This document shows positions 1-8,505 of a stretch of DNA of 24,454 bases, piece by piece (the stretch's first letter is position 1; each line of letters opens with the position of its first letter). Position numbers and translations under genes: made by a program. The notes under the pieces were generated by a model that was not told the origin of the DNA, searched no databases, and was given only the letters and a program-made list of their open reading frames with translations. The stretch spans positions 1-24,454 of the forward strand of contig CAVBHV010000001.1 in NCBI GenBank assembly GCA_963595385.1. Direction: 5' to 3'. This DNA is from a bacterium. Its GTDB lineage: Bacteria; Bacillota; Clostridia; Christensenellales; UBA1242.

Positions 1-1
1 G

Positions 2-94
2 AATTGGAGCGGTATAGCAATTTTGGCTGTTATCTTACTGAGTATCAGCCTTGCTGGTGTTATGTTTTTTGCTGGTTCATATAGAGCGAAAGCA
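2..94 (+). other. Sec signal peptide (h- and c-regions) of the giant + strand protein
   Basis: Hydrophobic stretch IAILAVILLSISLAGVMFFAG followed by an SPase I-type A-K-A|V. The charged n-region and start codon would lie upstream of base 1. Confidence 0.65.
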
Positions 95-3000
95 GTCACA
101 CAACCTACTTTTGCTGTACAAAAAGTATTCTTGCCAGATGCTTATGCAACTGACAGCGACTATGACCCAAAACTAAAAAGGCACATAGAGAGTACCGCAG
201 TTGATATTAGCGATGGGCAATTCGTTATGCTCAATACAAATGCGGACACTCGCGATGATGATGCAGGGCTTACCGTAGTTGGGCGTGAAGCAGTGTTTAT
301 CACTTTTTCGGGCGTAACTCTACTCAATAATGTTTCACTCCGCTTTAATGGTACTGTTATTGAACACACACAATTTGATGCCGATAGCGAAGATATTTCG
401 ATTTACAATCAATATCTCCACGCACTCACACCTACCGAAGTTACTGGTGCAACACCTGCATTAAATAATGACTATATCACCAAATATTCGCGTGGCACAG
501 AGCCTTATGTGAATTACCCAGAGGGCAAATATGATATTACTATTCAGTATAGAGATAAATCTTCCTCCCAAACACAAACTTGGACTTATTCATTCTATAT
601 AACTACTCAAAACACATATTCAGCCCTTTTTGAAAAAACTACTTTCAACGACACTGAAAAATTTGAGTTAGCAAACCAAACAAGTTCAATGTTGCACTAC
701 TTTAATTTTAACAACTCATTTACTACTATTTACGATGAAAATAATGAGGAAACCATACGCTCAAATGCAGAAAAAGACCAACTTTACTACCCTCAAATGT
801 TTTACAACCCTGAAAAGTACGAAATAAAATACACTCGCACTTTGTACAACTATGTAGAAAATGTTAGCCTTGCCTTTAATGCAAAAATTTCAGGCTCAAC
901 AGAATATGGCGAACTTGTTGTCACCACAAGTACAAATTCGGGTTTATTGAATACGCGTACATACCGACTAGAAAAAGGTCTTGACGGCTACAAGGTTTGT
1001 ATTCAATTTGACCGCGTTGGTGAATATTTAATCAATAAAACTGCGCGTTTGCGTACTGGCATATTAGAGGGCACTGCGCAATATGCTTTGGCAAGTGGCG
1101 AAGTAGTAACCAGCAATGCAGACTTATTGAAAAGCGAAAGTCTCGTAATTAACGGTTACTCTGCTAGATACGCTGACACTCGCACTACAACCGCTCCGCT
1201 TTATGACAATACTTATTGCTATCAAGCAATGCAAAATCCAACCACTACGCCTAGCGTAATTTACGCTCACGACTTTTTAACTGCTAGTAGCGAAGTAATC
1301 AAAATCAGCAACAACGCCCCTACTCTTGCTGATACGGTTTACACAGCAGATTTTAGTTTTCAAAATGAAAATGCCGTAACTAGCCAAAATGGAATTACGC
1401 TTGATGATGTAATTTACGACTCAAACGGAATTTTGCTAAACAATACCGCATTAAATGATAAGTTGTTTAATCAAAATTCAAGCGATTTATTATTTAACTT
1501 AAATTCAACATTAGTAGAAAAAGCAAGCACAAATCTTGCGCCAGTTATGTTTGAATTTAACGGCAAAATGATTGCCACTTCCGCTAGTTGGTATGCATAT
1601 CGTGATAGTTTAGGAAATATTAGCGTACAGAACTACGCACGCGATTTTAGATTTCAAAATGCTGGTACATATATAGTTTATATCACTTATGAAAATTTAG
1701 TTTACGAGTCAGGTCAAGTGCAAAATAATGGTAAAAATTATCAGTACCACCACCAAGTATTCTATTTTGAAATTACAAATTCAACTCCGCAAATTGAAGT
1801 TTTTGCTACCGACAACCCTAATGATATAGTTGTAAAAGATATTCGCGCGACTACTTTGAATATGGAAGATTATACAAACAAATATGTATATTGCGCGTGG
1901 GAAGCGACAGGCCCTTTTGATGCAAAAATTAGCACGAAATACTATATCTACGACTGGGACGGCAAGTTGCTTGGGCAGTCAACTATTAATGGTTTAGTTT
2001 ACCAAAAAGGCAAAAACGGCACTTATTATGATGTTTCTACGACCTCTCCAACTATACTTTGTGGTGAAACTTTAAGTTGGAATGGTGTAAACGGAATTGA
2101 TGGCACATATTGCATACAAGCTTTCCGCGAGGACTCTCCAAATGCGTTTGTAAACTATATTTTCCAAATTGACACCTCACCTATCACTGGAATTTCCGCT
2201 CTACAAGTTATGGGCAAAAATCTATTGCCTGATGCAAATAATCAAGCAACCGTTATTTCTAGCCTTAGCGAATTTGCAAGTGATTTCAATATTGCTACTA
2301 ACAACTCGTTTGCGTGGACTTGGAATGACAAAAAGAGTGGCGCACAAATTAGCGCAAAATACATTTATTCTAGCCTTCAAACAGTGAGTGACTTTTCGAT
2401 TGATTTGGATAGTTATATCAACAATATGCGTATTTCTGCGCAAAATGGTGCTGTTTTGATGAAAACAAACGGCAATTTTGGTGGTTTCACTCCGCCAGTT
2501 GACTACTACAAAGTTGACGCTAATTCATTAAACACTCCTCTATCATCTTCGCAAATTATCTCTTCACCGCAACTTGCAATATTGTTGCTTAGCGATGAAG
2601 CGGGCAATACTGAAATTTTTGTGACAATTTTAGACACGACCAAAACTCAAATTTTGCAAAAGCCTGCTCAAAGTGCTTTTGTAAATGTAATAACCGATGA
2701 CACAGAATTTTACTGGGGTACGCACAAATCATTGAGCATTACTGATACCGCTAGCGTAGAAAATACGATAACTGATATTTTTGATTTTGCACAAAATGAT
2801 TTTATGTGGGCTTTGAATGGACAAACATATAAATCAAATTCTATTATTAAAAATGCATTTGCCAAAATGGATATTTTGAATACTAGAAGTATTGTTATCG
2901 AACTTGACAAAATTGAAATTGCTAGTGACACTCGCGATGATGCAGACATAATTCCTTATATAGATGATGAAAATGTTGCGCACAACTGGTTTGCGACTAT

Positions 3001-6000
3001 CAAGGTGAATAAGCCTACATTAGATGAGCCAAACAAGCCTTATACTACACAAGTTTATCCAGATGGAATAGCGAGTGCTAGTCACCCACTTCACAAGCTA
3101 ACTAACGAGCAATTTGGCTATACATTTATTGTTTCCGACATAATCGGCAACCACAATGAAAAATTTTATGTAGAAGTGAATCTTGACCGTTCAAGAGGTG
3201 CAATGTACAGTTATAGCGCGTTTGAGGATAGTTTTGGTAGCGATTTAACAACTTCAAGAACTCTTGAAAACACCACAATTAGACAATTAGTTTCAAATAG
3301 TTTTTCCACAAATCGCCGTTATGTGACATTTAGTTGGACAGAACCAAAAGATTATTTCCAAATTGAAAGTATTGTCTTGAAATATTACCCATTCTCATAC
3401 AACAAAAGTAATAAAAACTACCCATATAGTGATGAGTACACTGAAAAGACATTATTTAGTGATTCATCTAGTTATGACACTCTCTACACCATTGATAAAA
3501 ATGGTGCAACCTACTATCAAACTAAAATCTTAATGCCTATTGACTATGTGCAAGCATTTAACAATGGTACTGCTAGTAGTGACGGTATGTATGTAGTTAC
3601 TCGTAAGTATAAAGAAACTACGGAATCACAAAACAATCTTCAAATCACTGGTGATGTGCTAGAAAAAACCTATACATATTATATAGATAGAAATGCAATA
3701 ATTCCGTCTTCTACGACTGATTATGGTAGCGACATTAGCCTTAAATTTGGTTATAACAAGGGTGATTATGCAGATTATCCAAACTATGGTGGAAATTACT
3801 TCAATCAATTTAGCCGTACTACCAACTCTGAAAACTTTAATTCTAGTATCAAATTGGGCAAAAACACGCAAGACCCTGCTATTCCTTCTAATGTAGTAAT
3901 TGATAGTAATATTTTACCAGCAAGCGTGTATATGAGCACCTGGAAAGAATCTACGACTAGCGAAAATGGCGTAGTTACACCTGTTGCAAATTCTGCAAGT
4001 GTATATGACAAATATTACTTTGCGCCTGAGCCTACTCTCTCAGAGGGTGAAGCAACTGTTTACTTAAATAACATTTTTGATAAATACCGCAATTCTTCTC
4101 GCGTGCAAGTAGCCGTACAATATTTTAGGCACACTTCTGGTACAAGTTACGCTTACACTGGGCAAACTTTCTACTCAAATGTTTACACAAACGAAGGTAG
4201 TGACAACGATTGCAAGTCATTAGACAAATTGCGTTATGCCTTTAATGGAGTTGGTAAATATCGTGTAATTCTGTTCGATTTATCAAATTTCCAAGGTGTA
4301 TTGACTGGAAATGCAAGTTTCGACTTTGAAAACTTGACTTATGGCAACAATCTTGCGCCAAATTCAACTGTATTTAACTTTGAATTGACTGGTACTCCTC
4401 CTCAATTCACCTTCCAAAGTGGTGAAAACGCTTATACAAACATTGATACAACCTTTAACAATATCACCAACGACAAAAATGTGCGTATCACTTGGCTCGA
4501 CCCTACCGATGATTACAGCGCGCAAATTGCATTCAATGATGTAATAGTTACAAAATCAATTTACACAAAAGCAAATCCAAAAGTTGATGAAAACGGTAAT
4601 CAAAATATCGGTCTAAGCACTAAAACATTTACTTTTAGCAATCCTATTCTACTTACTTGCGATGTCAACGAATATGAGCGTCTAAAACAAGACACAAGCG
4701 AAATCGAAGGCACAACATTTATTTACAAAGAAACTCAAACCGCTCTAAACAATTTGTTAAATGCTTCTATGGCTGTAAATGAAACCAAATTTTACAAAAT
4801 GAGTATTGATGGCGTATATAATTACTACATTTTGTTGCCTAAGCCTGAATTTGAAAATGCCGAACTTTATGGCACTAAGTTGGTAGATGTAGAATACAGC
4901 GCAACTGCTCATTATATCTCAAAAAACAATGGTAGCGATTACGAGTTGCAAGATTATCAAACTACGCAAACGATTTATGTTGATAACACTGCACCATATC
5001 AAAATTTGATTAATTTAATTAAAAACGACCTATATATTCAATCATTAGGTAGTGATTTTGCAAATTACTTAATTAATAATATCGACAATCCACAAGTCAC
5101 CTTCCTCAAATCTTATGCATTTGCTGTGGAAAAGAATTTTGTCTTGAACTATCTCAACGATTATGAAAGCGGTATCAATTATTACTTCCGTAAATACGAT
5201 AATTACAATGGTAATCCTAACGAGCAAACGGTTATTGAAGGTCAACCTGATGCATCTCCAAATGCTTCGCACAAGTTCTCTCCTACCTCTGCCGAATATA
5301 CTATTGCGCGTTACAAAACGGCAAATATGACCGAGGGCTTGACTTATATTAGCGAGGTTGGTTATTACGACATAATCGAACAAGACCGCGCGGGCAACAA
5401 GCGTGTATATACAATTTTTGTGACAGAAAGCAAAAATTCTATTGATGCAAGTATTGGACTAAATCATTACTTTATTGATTCAAATATTGATGACGGAACG
5501 ACTGTAACTTATGACAACAATATTTTGTTTAACCGAAATGACACAATCAATTTCAACAGTAATGAGTTTAGAATTGAATCAATTACCAACGATGATGCTT
5601 GGCAAAAATATACTTTCAAAAACTTGGTTACTGGCGAAACGGAAGTTTATTACCTAGCCCCTATCAATATTCCTATGTATAGTGGCAATATCGTGTCTAG
5701 TCTTGATGAAATAAAAGCAAAATTTAATGCTTTTGTAGAGAGAATGGCTGTGGCTGGTTATGGTAGCACTGGTAGTCGCATACAAGTAGTGATTGATGAT
5801 AGACTTGATACAGGCAACAATATTAATTTCTATGTTAATACTCAAGGACTTGATTTAATTCCTGATGAAAAGACTTTCTTAACTCTTATTACTATTAACG
5901 ATGATGGCACATTTACAATTCGTTTACCTGACACAAGCGCTATACTTTCGACTCAATTAGTTGATTTTAAAGTATACCTAAACAACGCTTTGCAAGTAAA

Positions 6001-8326
6001 CGACTCAAACCTCAAACCTTTGCCTTTGACAAGTGCTGATTTTAAACCTAGCGATGTTACCGAAGGATTTACATTTAACCTTTCGACTGGTTCAAATCTA
6101 ATCTACAAATTTGAATTTACCGATAACTTTGGTAGAACTACTAGATTTTCATACCCTATTGACGAAAGTTTGGTTAAATACATTGTAGATTGGGGCACAA
6201 ACAAATTTGCAAATCAAGTGTTTAATAATGAAACTTATGCCTACACTTCGAGCGAAACTCAATTCGTTTATCAATCAAATGCGTTGCGTATTCAATTAAG
6301 TATAAAAGATTTGGACAACAACAAGGCTGTGCTTTATACAAATGTAGTAAATGACAGAATAGTTGCACTTGATACAAAATCATCTTACTTCAAACTCGAA
6401 CTTGATGATTTGACTTCAAGTATAACAACACTCACATTCTATGCACCTATGAACATTCACTATTTATACGAAATTTCCGTTGACAACTATACCGATACTG
6501 CTACAAATTTTGTATTTGCAATTTATACTTATTTCCCTAAGATTGCACTTACTGATACTGCTGGAAGCCCATTACTCAATCAAGTGACATCAAAATCGGT
6601 ATTGATTAGTTGGGTAAATATTGATGCAATGTTTAGCCCATATGTAACTCTTGTATTGCCAAACGGAGTTGAAAGCACTATCACCTCACCTACCACAGTT
6701 GATACAGAAGGCGTATATATGGTAAACATTTACAATTCATTTGGTAAATTTACCGCAGGCAGTCAAACATTTACGATAAGGTCGTATGATGTGGCAGTTT
6801 ATGGTGTAAACCAAATCAATTCGGACGGCACTACAAAAACGCTTAGCCCTCATTCCACTCAGTACAACTATACAATTTTGGGTGTAAAATATACAATGCC
6901 TCATTACTTCTTCTTGAGTTCGGATAGCAACTGGGACCGCACGATTGAGATAATTTGTAATGAAGATAAAGGTCTATCTTATAGAGTTGTAGCAACTAAT
7001 GGGAATACCCGCATTTACAATGTATCTGGAAATACAACCCACATACTTAGCACATACTTTGCAGTAACGCGTATTCCATCTGACAATATTTCTACAAATA
7101 CTGATTTCCGTATCAATAGTGAAATAATGTCAACAAACCTCAAAAATATTTACACCAAAGTAACTGATACAGAAACCGCAAAAGCAGTCTTAACTTGGAA
7201 TACCACCTTCCTTGACAAATCTGTATTTGAAAGCGGATTGTACGATTACATTTACAATGATTTCTACTACCTCGAACTTTGGTACAATGGCGTAAAAGTT
7301 GGTACTTACACCTCAGGAAGTATTACGCTCACTGAATCAGGCGTTTACACAATCAGCGTAAAAGATGCTGTTGGACAAACTCAATATTTTGGCTCAGGCT
7401 ACTCGGAATTTACTCTTACTATTATCAATGATGTAGTGTACTATGTCAATAATCTCGCCCCTATTCAATTTGCGACCTTCTCAAAAGATGTAGATTTGTA
7501 TATTCCTCTTACATTCTCTGGCGACCTAAGACAATATGACTCAATGGCTATTACAATTACTCGAAACAATGTTGAATATCAAGTTAAACCAACAAATGGA
7601 CATTATATATTCACCGAACCTGGTGTTTATAATGTATCAATGCGTGGCTCAATAAAATCAATCGTTGGTACAAATTCTGCTGACTTGCTTGCTAACTATC
7701 AATTTACAATCCTATCAAGTACAGAAGCAATATCAAGTTATGAATTTTCATCAATGACTGGTTATGAAATAATCAAAATCACACGCTCTGGTGTCGATAT
7801 TACCGATGAAGTGCGCGGTGAAAATGCAAAAATTCACACTTTCTACGCTGACCCTGATACTTATGGTGTTGGCAAATATGAGATTACTGTTCGTTATGCT
7901 GGCTCTGGATACAATCCTAGCCAAGATTACACTTTCAATTTCTGGATAAATAATGAAGAGCCTACTATCAAGAGTAGCCGTCAATGGGGCTCATCTAGCA
8001 CTAGTGGTTTTACAATCACCGTAAACCCTGCTAGCATATATGAGCGTGTTGGTGACTGTTACTTAGTGATTAATAACGAGCGTGTGCTTACTATTGATGC
8101 AACAAATGGCACTAGTGTTGACCCACTTACCTTTACTTACACAGATGCAAAAACTTATGTAATTCAAATCCAATCAGCAAGTGGAAATATTTTGACAAGT
8201 AATAGAATTACAATTTCCGTTCCATTAAATACGGCAGCAATTATTTTGATTGTTGTTGCAGTGATTGTATTTGTAGCACTTGTGATTACATTTATTGTAA
8301 TGCGTACTCGTATGAAAGTGAAATAA
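2..8326 (+). CDS. Giant secreted, C-terminally membrane-anchored surface protein with tandem Ig-like (beta-sandwich) repeats; 5' end probably outside the window
   Basis: The frame is open from base 2 (N-W-S-G-I-A-I-L-A-V...), so the TTG at 23 is probably not the true start. A hydrophobic signal region ends in A-K-A (86-94). Recurrent G-x-Y-x-[IV] and D-x-[AIF]-G-[NRQ] motifs (PEGKYDITI, NAGTYIVYI, SDEAGN, EVGYYDIIEQDRAGN, ESGVYTISVKDAVGQ, GVGKYEITV) and D/N-x-T-x-P-like linkers (TNSTPQI, VDNTAPY, NNEEPTI). C-terminal TM helix followed by RTRMKVK; stop TAA at 8324-8326. Confidence 0.85.
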   Translation, partial: NWSGIAILAVILLSISLAGVMFFAGSYRAKAVTQPTFAVQKVFLPDAYATDSDYDPKLKRHIESTAVDISDGQFVMLNTNADTRDDDAGLTVVGREAVFITFSGVTLLNNVSLRFNGTVIEHTQFDADSEDISIYNQYLHALTPTEVTGATPALNNDYITKYSRGTEPYVNYPEGKYDITIQYRDKSSSQTQTWTYSFYITTQNTYSALFEKTTFNDTEKFELANQTSSMLHYFNFNNSFTTIYDENNEETIRSNAEKDQLYYPQMFYNPEKYEIKYTRTLYNYVENVSLAFNAKISGSTEYGELVVTTSTNSGLLNTRTYRLEKGLDGYKVCIQFDRVGEYLINKTARLRTGILEGTAQYALASGEVVTSNADLLKSESLVINGYSARYADTRTTTAPLYDNTYCYQAMQNPTTTPSVIYAHDFLTASSEVIKISNNAPTLADTVYTADFSFQNENAVTSQNGITLDDVIYDSNGILLNNTALNDKLFNQNSSDLLFNLNSTLVEKASTNLAPVMFEFNGKMIATSASWYAYRDSLGNISVQNYARDFRFQNAGTYIVYITYENLVYESGQVQNNGKNYQYHHQVFYFEITNSTPQIEVFATDNPNDIVVKDIRATTLNMEDYTNKYVYCAWEATGPFDAKISTKYYIYDWDGKLLGQSTINGLVYQKGKNGTYYDVSTTSPTILCGETLSWNGVNGIDGTYCIQAFREDSPNAFVNYIFQIDTSPITGISALQVMGKNLLPDANNQATVISSLSEFASDFNIATNNSFAWTWNDKKSGAQISAKYIYSSLQTVSDFSIDLDSYINNMRISAQNGAVLMKTNGNFGGFTPPVDYYKVDANSLNTPLSSSQIISSPQLAILLLSDEAGNTEIFVTILDTTKTQILQKPAQSAFVNVITDDTEFYWGTHKSLSITDTASVENTITDIFDFAQNDFMWALNGQTYKSNSIIKNAFAKMDILNTRSIVIELDKIEIASDTRDDADIIPYIDDENVAHNWFATIKVNKPTLDEPNKPYTTQVYPDGIASASHPLHKLTNEQFGYTFIVSDIIGNHNEKFYVEVNLDRSRGAMYSYSAFEDSFGSDLTTSRTLENTTIRQLVSNSFSTNRRYVTFSWTEPKDYFQIESIVLKYYPFSYNKSNKNYPYSDEYTEKTLFSDSSSYDTLYTIDKNGATYYQTKILMPIDYVQAFNNGTASSDGMYVVTRKYKETTESQNNLQITGDVLEKTYTYYIDRNAIIPSSTTDYGSDISLKFGYNKGDYADYPNYGGNYFNQFSRTTNSENFNSSIKLGKNTQDPAIPSNVVIDSNILPASVYMSTWKESTTSENGVVTPVANSASVYDKYYFAPEPTLSEGEATVYLNNIFDKYRNSSRVQVAVQYFRHTSGTSYAYTGQTFYSNVYTNEGSDNDCKSLDKLRYAFNGVGKYRVILFDLSNFQGVLTGNASFDFENLTYGNNLAPNSTVFNFELTGTPPQFTFQSGENAYTNIDTTFNNITNDKNVRITWLDPTDDYSAQIAFNDVIVTKSIYTKANPKVDENGNQNIGLSTKTFTFSNPILLTCDVNEYERLKQDTSEIEGTTFIYKETQTALNNLLNASMAVNETKFYKMSIDGVYNYYILLPKPEFENAELYGTKLVDVEYSATAHYISKNNGSDYELQDYQTTQTIYVDNTAPYQNLINLIKNDLYIQSLGSDFANYLINNIDNPQVTFLKSYAFAVEKNFVLNYLNDYESGINYYFRKYDNYNGNPNEQTVIEGQPDASPNASHKFSPTSAEYTIARYKTANMTEGLTYISEVGYYDIIEQDRAGNKRVYTIFVTESKNSIDASIGLNHYFIDSNIDDGTTVTYDNNILFNRNDTINFNSNEFRIESITNDDAWQKYTFKNLVTGETEVYYLAPINIPMYSGNIVSSLDEIKAKFNAFVERMAVAGYGSTGSRIQVVIDDRLDTGNNINFYVNTQGLDLIPDEKTFLTLITINDDGTFTIRLPDTSAILSTQLVDFKVYLNNALQVNDSNLKPLPLTSADFKPSDVTEGFTFNLSTGSNLIYKFEFTDNFGRTTRFSYPIDESLVKYIVDWGTNKFANQVFNNETYAYTSSETQFVYQSNALRIQLSIKDLDNNKAVLYTNVVNDRIVALDTKSSYFKLELDDLTSSITTLTFYAPMNIHYLYEISVDNYTDTATNFVFAIYTYFPKIALTDTAGSPLLNQVTSKSVLISWVNIDAMFSPYVTLVLPNGVESTITSPTTVDTEGVYMVNIYNSFGKFTAGSQTFTIRSYDVAVYGVNQINSDGTTKTLSPHSTQYNYTILGVKYTMPHYFFLSSDSNWDRTIEIICNEDKGLSYRVVATNGNTRIYNVSGNTTHILSTYFAVTRIPSDNISTNTDFRINSEIMSTNLKNIYTKVTDTETAKAVLTWNTTFLDKSVFESGLYDYIYNDFYYLELWYNGVKVGTYTSGSITLTESGVYTISVKDAVGQTQYFGSGYSEFTLTIINDVVYYVNNLAPIQFATFSKDVDLYIPLTFSGDLRQYDSMAITITRNNVEYQVKPTNGHYIFTEPGVYNVSMRGSIKSIVGTNSADLLANYQFTILSSTEAISSYEFSSMTGYEIIKITRSGVDITDEVRGENAKIHTFYADPDTYGVGKYEITVRYAGSGYNPSQDYTFNFWINNEEPTIKSSRQWGSSSTSGFTITVNPASIYERVGDCYLVINNERVLTIDATNGTSVDPLTFTYTDAKTYVIQIQSASGNILTSNRITISVPLNTAAIILIVVAVIVFVALVITFIVMRTRMKVK
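8219..8326 (+). other. C-terminal membrane anchor (TM helix plus basic tail)
   Basis: VPLNT-AAIILIVVAVIVFVALVITFIVM-RTRMKVK*; no canonical LPxTG. Confidence 0.85.
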
Positions 8327-8329
8327 CTT

Positions 8330-8378
8330 AAAAAGACCAAAAATTAGTCAATAAAAAGGCAAATTTAGGTCTTTTTTT
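8330..8378 (+). terminator. Probable intrinsic terminator after the giant + strand gene
   Basis: AAAAAGACC (8330-8338) pairs with GGTCTTTTT (8368-8376) around an imperfect inner stem and is followed by a T-run. It begins 4 nt after the stop codon. Confidence 0.7.
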
Positions 8379-8399
8379 GTTTGCTCGAAATTATTTTTG

Positions 8400-8416
8400 T
8401 AGTTTTTGGAAAACTA
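8400..8416. promoter_or_regulatory. Perfect 7-3-7 palindrome, possible operator
   Basis: TAGTTTT-TGG-AAAACTA, 30 bp upstream of the predicted -35. It is AT-rich, so a chance occurrence is possible. Confidence 0.35.
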
Positions 8417-8446
8417 TGTTAAAGTGTTAAAAAATTTCAAAAATAG

Positions 8447-8475
8447 TTTACAAAAATATTGATTTATGATAAACT
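8447..8475 (+). promoter_or_regulatory. Sigma-A/sigma70-type promoter for the Rho-like gene
   Basis: -35 TTTACA (8447-8452), 17-nt spacer containing the extended -10 TG (8467-8468), -10 TAAACT (8470-8475), with an A-rich upstream element. Confidence 0.65.
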
Positions 8476-8493
8476 AGTCGTGTATATTTATGT

Positions 8494-8499
8494 GGAGGT
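8494..8499 (+). promoter_or_regulatory. Shine-Dalgarno site
   Basis: GGAGGT; GGAGG ends 7 nt before the ATG at 8506, which favours 8506 over the TTG at 8500 as the start. Confidence 0.85.
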
Positions 8500-8505
8500 T
8501 TGACT

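Noticed and set aside
23..25. TTG start given by the ORF track for the 2767-aa protein
   Set aside because: The frame is open back to base 2 and the TTG lies inside the hydrophobic signal region with no basic n-region, so the real start is probably upstream of the window. A GGAG at 6-9 is too far away (13 nt) to be persuasive.
8500..8502. TTG start for the Rho-like ORF
   Set aside because: It directly abuts the GGAGGT site; the ATG at 8506 has the proper spacing.
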